From contig CAJWCD010000118.1 of NCBI GenBank assembly GCA_913020725.1, positions 1-10,890 of the forward strand: DNA of 10,890 nucleotides. The letters run 5' to 3'. The stretch is from an uncultured Pseudomonadota bacterium (GTDB taxonomy: Bacteria > SAR324 > NAC60-12). Below are positions 7,724 through 10,890 of the stretch, piece after piece. Positions within the stretch are counted from its first letter, which is position 1. Each line of letters starts with the position of its first letter. A program made the position numbers and the translations under genes. The notes beneath the pieces were generated by a model that made no database searches, was not told the origin of the DNA, and was given only the letters and a program-made list of their open reading frames with translations.

Positions 7724-8752
7724 CTACGCAGCTTTGCGCTGATGCAACCGTTCTTGCAATTGGGGCATCACTTCCTCGGCGATCCTCCGCATCGATTGTT
7801 CCACCAACTCCGGAGTCAGCAGTCCGAAGTTTTGCAACAGCATCACATGGCGGACGCCCCACCCATAAAGTTGCTCCAGCTTGTCCACCACCTCCTCAAC
7901 TGAACCAAACAACGAGAGTCCGCTACTGAGGATGTCGTCATACGTCCGGCGTTTGGCGTAGAGTCGGGTTTCAACATAAAGGTCGAAGGACGCTTCAACA
8001 TCACGGCGCACCGCTGCGGCGGAGTCGCCAACGTGTGTGTGCAGGGTGATCATCACATCATCCGGCCCTGCTTCCAGATGCCCGCCCTCGGCGCGGCCTT
8101 TCTGGTATTCTGCCACCAAGTCCCCGATTTCCTCCCAACGATCCACCGAGGCATAGGGCACCGAAATGACGGGCTGCCCGCGCAAGCCGATGTGGTAGGC
8201 CGCCACTCGGTTGAGAATCGCCACCTGAATCGGCGGAGTTGGTTTTTGAAGCGGCAGCACGTTGAGCTGGATGTCGTCAATCTTGTTGTACTTGCCCTGA
8301 AAATTCACGCGTTCTCCGGATAACAGGCGTGTGAGCAGTGCAAGGTTTTCATCGAAACGTTCGCGCTTTTCAGCAGGGTCCACCTGATAGCCCTCGAACT
8401 CGTGCTTGAGGTACCCGGACCCCACGCCCATGACCAACCGTCCCTTGGAAAGCACATCCACCATCGCGTACTGCTCAGCGCAGGTGAGTGGGTTGTGAAA
8501 GGTCAGCACCGAAATCGCCGAGCCGAGCCGAATGCGCGTGGTGCGGGATGCCAGATACCCAAGCATCACCGGGGGATTCGGGACCACCCCGTATTCGTGG
8601 AAGTGATGCTCGGCGACATAAAACGTGTCATAGCCCAGTGCTTCCGCCAGTTCCGCCTGTGCTCCGACTTGTTGGTACAACTCCGGAAGCGTCCGCTCCC
8701 GTTGGGGATAATGATCCTGTACAGAAAAAGCCGAGTAGCGCATGGGTTCCAT
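7724..8752 (-). CDS. LLM-class (luciferase-like) flavin-dependent monooxygenase
   Basis: AELAEALGYDTFYVAEHHF, LASRTTRIRLGSAI, HNPLTCAEQYAMVDVLSKGRLVMGVGSGY, GSVEEVVDKL and MRRIAEEVMP. GGAG SD upstream. Confidence 0.93.
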   Translation of the reverse strand: MEPMRYSAFSVQDHYPQRERTLPELYQQVGAQAELAEALGYDTFYVAEHHFHEYGVVPNPPVMLGYLASRTTRIRLGSAISVLTFHNPLTCAEQYAMVDVLSKGRLVMGVGSGYLKHEFEGYQVDPAEKRERFDENLALLTRLLSGERVNFQGKYNKIDDIQLNVLPLQKPTPPIQVAILNRVAAYHIGLRGQPVISVPYASVDRWEEIGDLVAEYQKGRAEGGHLEAGPDDVMITLHTHVGDSAAAVRRDVEASFDLYVETRLYAKRRTYDDILSSGLSLFGSVEEVVDKLEQLYGWGVRHVMLLQNFGLLTPELVEQSMRRIAEEVMPQLQERLHQRKAA

Positions 8753-8782
8753 TGATTCTCCAAATATCTGAGTTGATTGTTA

Positions 8783-8797
8783 TGAATGACACATTCA
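8783..8797. promoter_or_regulatory. Palindromic operator candidate TGAATG-aca-CATTCA
   Basis: Perfect 6-3-6 inverted repeat located at the predicted transcription start of the LLM gene. Confidence 0.45.
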
Positions 8798-8804
8798 GCC
8801 TAAA

Positions 8805-8834
8805 ATAATAAATTCAAACGATCCCAGATGTCAA
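8805..8834 (-). promoter_or_regulatory. Sigma70-type promoter for the LLM monooxygenase
   Basis: Minus strand TTGACA (8834-8829), 18 bp, TATTAT (8810-8805). Confidence 0.6.
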
Positions 8835-9063
8835 AGGAGACCTGCTTCCCGGCATCGCCGCCCGCAAGCACCGACGTTCGCTCCCCACGGTAAAGCCGTC
8901 GCCGTCCCAACCGCTCCGTTGAGCCGCAACCGGGAGGATCCGGACGGTGCAACCGCACACTTGGCATGAATTTTTCGATCAAATCGGTTGACTTTTCTCG
9001 TCCAGAGTGTTTGACTGCCCCCACGGTTCCGAGATTTTCCCACCCAGTCTTGAAGGAGGGACC

Positions 9064-10170
9064 ATGCGCAAGCACACCACCCACGGACTCCTCGCGGCCC
9101 CGCCGCCGCACTCCTGCTACTCGCAGAACTCTGCAGAGAGCGGCTCAGGGCCTGCCAGCACCGGAACTCTTGACACTGCAAGCGGCTCTGGAACCGGAAG
9201 CTCTCCCGAACTTCCCACTGAAGTCCTTCGGAGCGTCTCCCTCACCGTGAGCCTGAACGAGTCCGGGACGGCAGCCACCCGCTCCCTGACCCGCACCGCC
9301 ATCGGCACCTTCGAGGAGATCACCACCCTGCACATCAACGCCCGGCGTCAGGGGCGTGAGTCCCTTGTCTATTCCTCACCAGGGGCTGCCTTGACAGGCA
9401 CCGGGAGCAACTGGTCCGGAACACTCGACGGCCTCATTGTCAACGAGAGCTACACCTTCTTCTTCTCAGGGAAAAACGTCTCCAGTGTGGAAATCTTCAC
9501 GGGGCAGACCAGCCATGTGGTGCAGGGAGACGGCGGCAGCAACGCACTCTCCGTTGCCCTCCATCCTGTCCTCAACGACAGGGAACTCACCGTTCCTGTG
9601 ATCAAGAGCGTCTCACGCTCCGAAACCGTGGGCAAGACCCTCTCCGCGACAATCCGTGCCACAGTCGAGAATCAGGACAACGGCACCCTCAAGTGGCGCT
9701 TTGAAGTTTTCGAGGTTGATGGCTTTGGCTTTGCCAATCCCTGTGCAGCAGCAGCTTGCGGAAGTTTTGCACCTGAAGAGGGCAGCAGTGCGGTGGGCAG
9801 TGACAACGTCACCCACTCCGGAGGCAAGCACACCCACCTGCTCGGCAGCACCTACACCGCCCCGGACAACGTCAGTGAGCAGAACCTGCGCGTGATTGTC
9901 TCCAACCGTGCCGGCATTGGGGTGGAGAGCAGCTTCAGGGTCAAGGTTACCGGACCCGTGGACACCACCACCACGCTCAGCAGCGCACCTGCGATTCTTT
10001 CCATGACCACCACGCGGGTGCAGGACAACTCCTCCTGCCCGAACTACGACTGCCTTGCGATGGAGGCATTGGTGGATGACGACAAGGCCTTCTCCGAACT
10101 CAGCGCCAACTGGGCCTACACTCCCGCTGGAAGCCGCACCTTCTCTGACAATGCCTCGCTGGCGATCACT
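9064..10170 (+). pseudogene. Beta-rich secreted/surface protein, with apparently frameshifted signal peptide and truncated 3' end
   Basis: Strong SD GAAGGAGGG before ATG 9064. Ser/Gly/Thr linker followed by alternating beta-strand-like sequence and two Cys pairs. No stop before it runs into an unrelated PhyH-like sequence. The end coordinate is approximate. Confidence 0.55.
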
Positions 10171-10194
10171 GGCCACGTATTCCCGGAGTTCTCG

Positions 10195-10470
10195 ATGTCT
10201 ATCACCGCCGCTGATCGTGAAACTTATGACCGTGACGGCGTGGTTTGCTTGCGCGGCGTGATCGACCGGAGTCAGGCCACCTCGTTACTCGCTGCTTGGG
10301 ACCAGGCTGCATCCGACTTTGCGGCCCACGGCCTGGAGTCCACTTCGAAGGAACGCCGCCGGGTTACGCCTGGCGCCTTCGCGGTCAAGCATCTCAGCCG
10401 GTCGCTACCGGTTTTCACCGACTACATTGCCTCCACGCCGGTTCCGGCGCTGGTCGGGCAACTGGTCGGT
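10195..10470 (+). pseudogene. 5' fragment of a phytanoyl-CoA dioxygenase (PhyH) family gene
   Basis: Own SD (GGAG 10185-10188) and ATG. MSITAADRETYDRDGVVCLRGVI...PVPALVGQLVG is a typical PhyH N-terminus. The expected WHQD-type Fe-binding segment is absent, and the frame stops at 10530 within foreign sequence. Confidence 0.7.
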
Positions 10471-10890
10471 GAAATGGATCACGGATCTGGAGATCTTGGA
10501 CCACATGCCAGAATGCTGGTACCACTATGAATTCTACTATTACGGAAACGGCGCTGACGACCCCAACAAAGAACTCATCACCACCCTGGGCGTCAAGTCG
10601 ATAGTTACCCAGCCCAACGACGACGTAGAGAATATGTCCAAGGGCACTCACATGATTCGAGGCTACGCCTGGAGCGGCGCCGGAGCGATCTCCGAGGTCG
10701 ATGTCAGCACCGACGGCGGAGACACCTGGCACTCTACCCACATCGAGGCGCCCCGCCACGACCGATTCATGTGGGTTCGCTGGTCCTACCGCTGGGACGC
10801 GAACAAGTCTGGCAAGTACACCATCATGTCCCGGGCGTCAGACGATGTGGGACGCGTCCAGTCACGCGAACCCCGGTACAACAACATGCG
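10451..10890 (+). CDS. 3' part of a sulfite oxidase-family molybdopterin oxidoreductase (5'-truncated, runs off window)
   Basis: Frame missing from the ORF track: WSGNWSVKWITDLEIL...VKSIVTQP...IRGYAWSGAGAISEVDVSTDGGDTW...WVRWSYRW...IMSRASDDVGRVQ. This matches the end of the Moco domain plus the dimerisation domain. The N-terminal Moco-binding region is absent. Confidence 0.85.

Noticed and set aside
8988..9016. TTGACT-17-TTGACT as promoter for the 9064 gene
   Set aside because: Spacing and position are plausible, but the -10 lacks the conserved second-position A, so it is too weak to call.
8800..9181. Minus-strand ORFs upstream of the LLM gene
   Set aside because: They overlap promoter elements and the 9064 gene, with no protein-like features.
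10477..10495. Three clustered GATC sites as restriction-ligation junctions
   Set aside because: They lie inside continuous sulfite-oxidase coding sequence (WITDLEI), downstream of the apparent junction.
9007..10530. 507-aa ORF as a single novel protein
   Set aside because: It decomposes into a surface-protein fragment, a PhyH fragment and out-of-frame sulfite-oxidase DNA. The better start is ATG 9064.

Overview
GC-rich bacterial window with AT-rich intergenic tracts. The left end has two small, mutually similar proteins with a SutA-like RNA-polymerase-binding motif flanking a small membrane protein. The second of these (896-1105) sits behind a sigma70-type promoter and a near-perfect CIRCE (HrcA heat-shock operator), which suggests a heat-shock-regulated RNAP-binding factor. 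The middle is metabolic: an acetylornithine aminotransferase with an extra N-terminal segment, a SorC/LsrR-family regulator, a divergent GlpD-like FAD dehydrogenase, an MsbA-like ABC exporter and a luciferase-like monooxygenase. The right end (9064-10890) is a mosaic of three unrelated gene fragments: a beta-rich surface protein, the 5' part of a PhyH-family dioxygenase and the 3' part of a sulfite-oxidase-family molybdoenzyme. That mosaic looks like chimeric assembly or heavy rearrangement. Family assignments are from motif recognition by eye; no searches were run.
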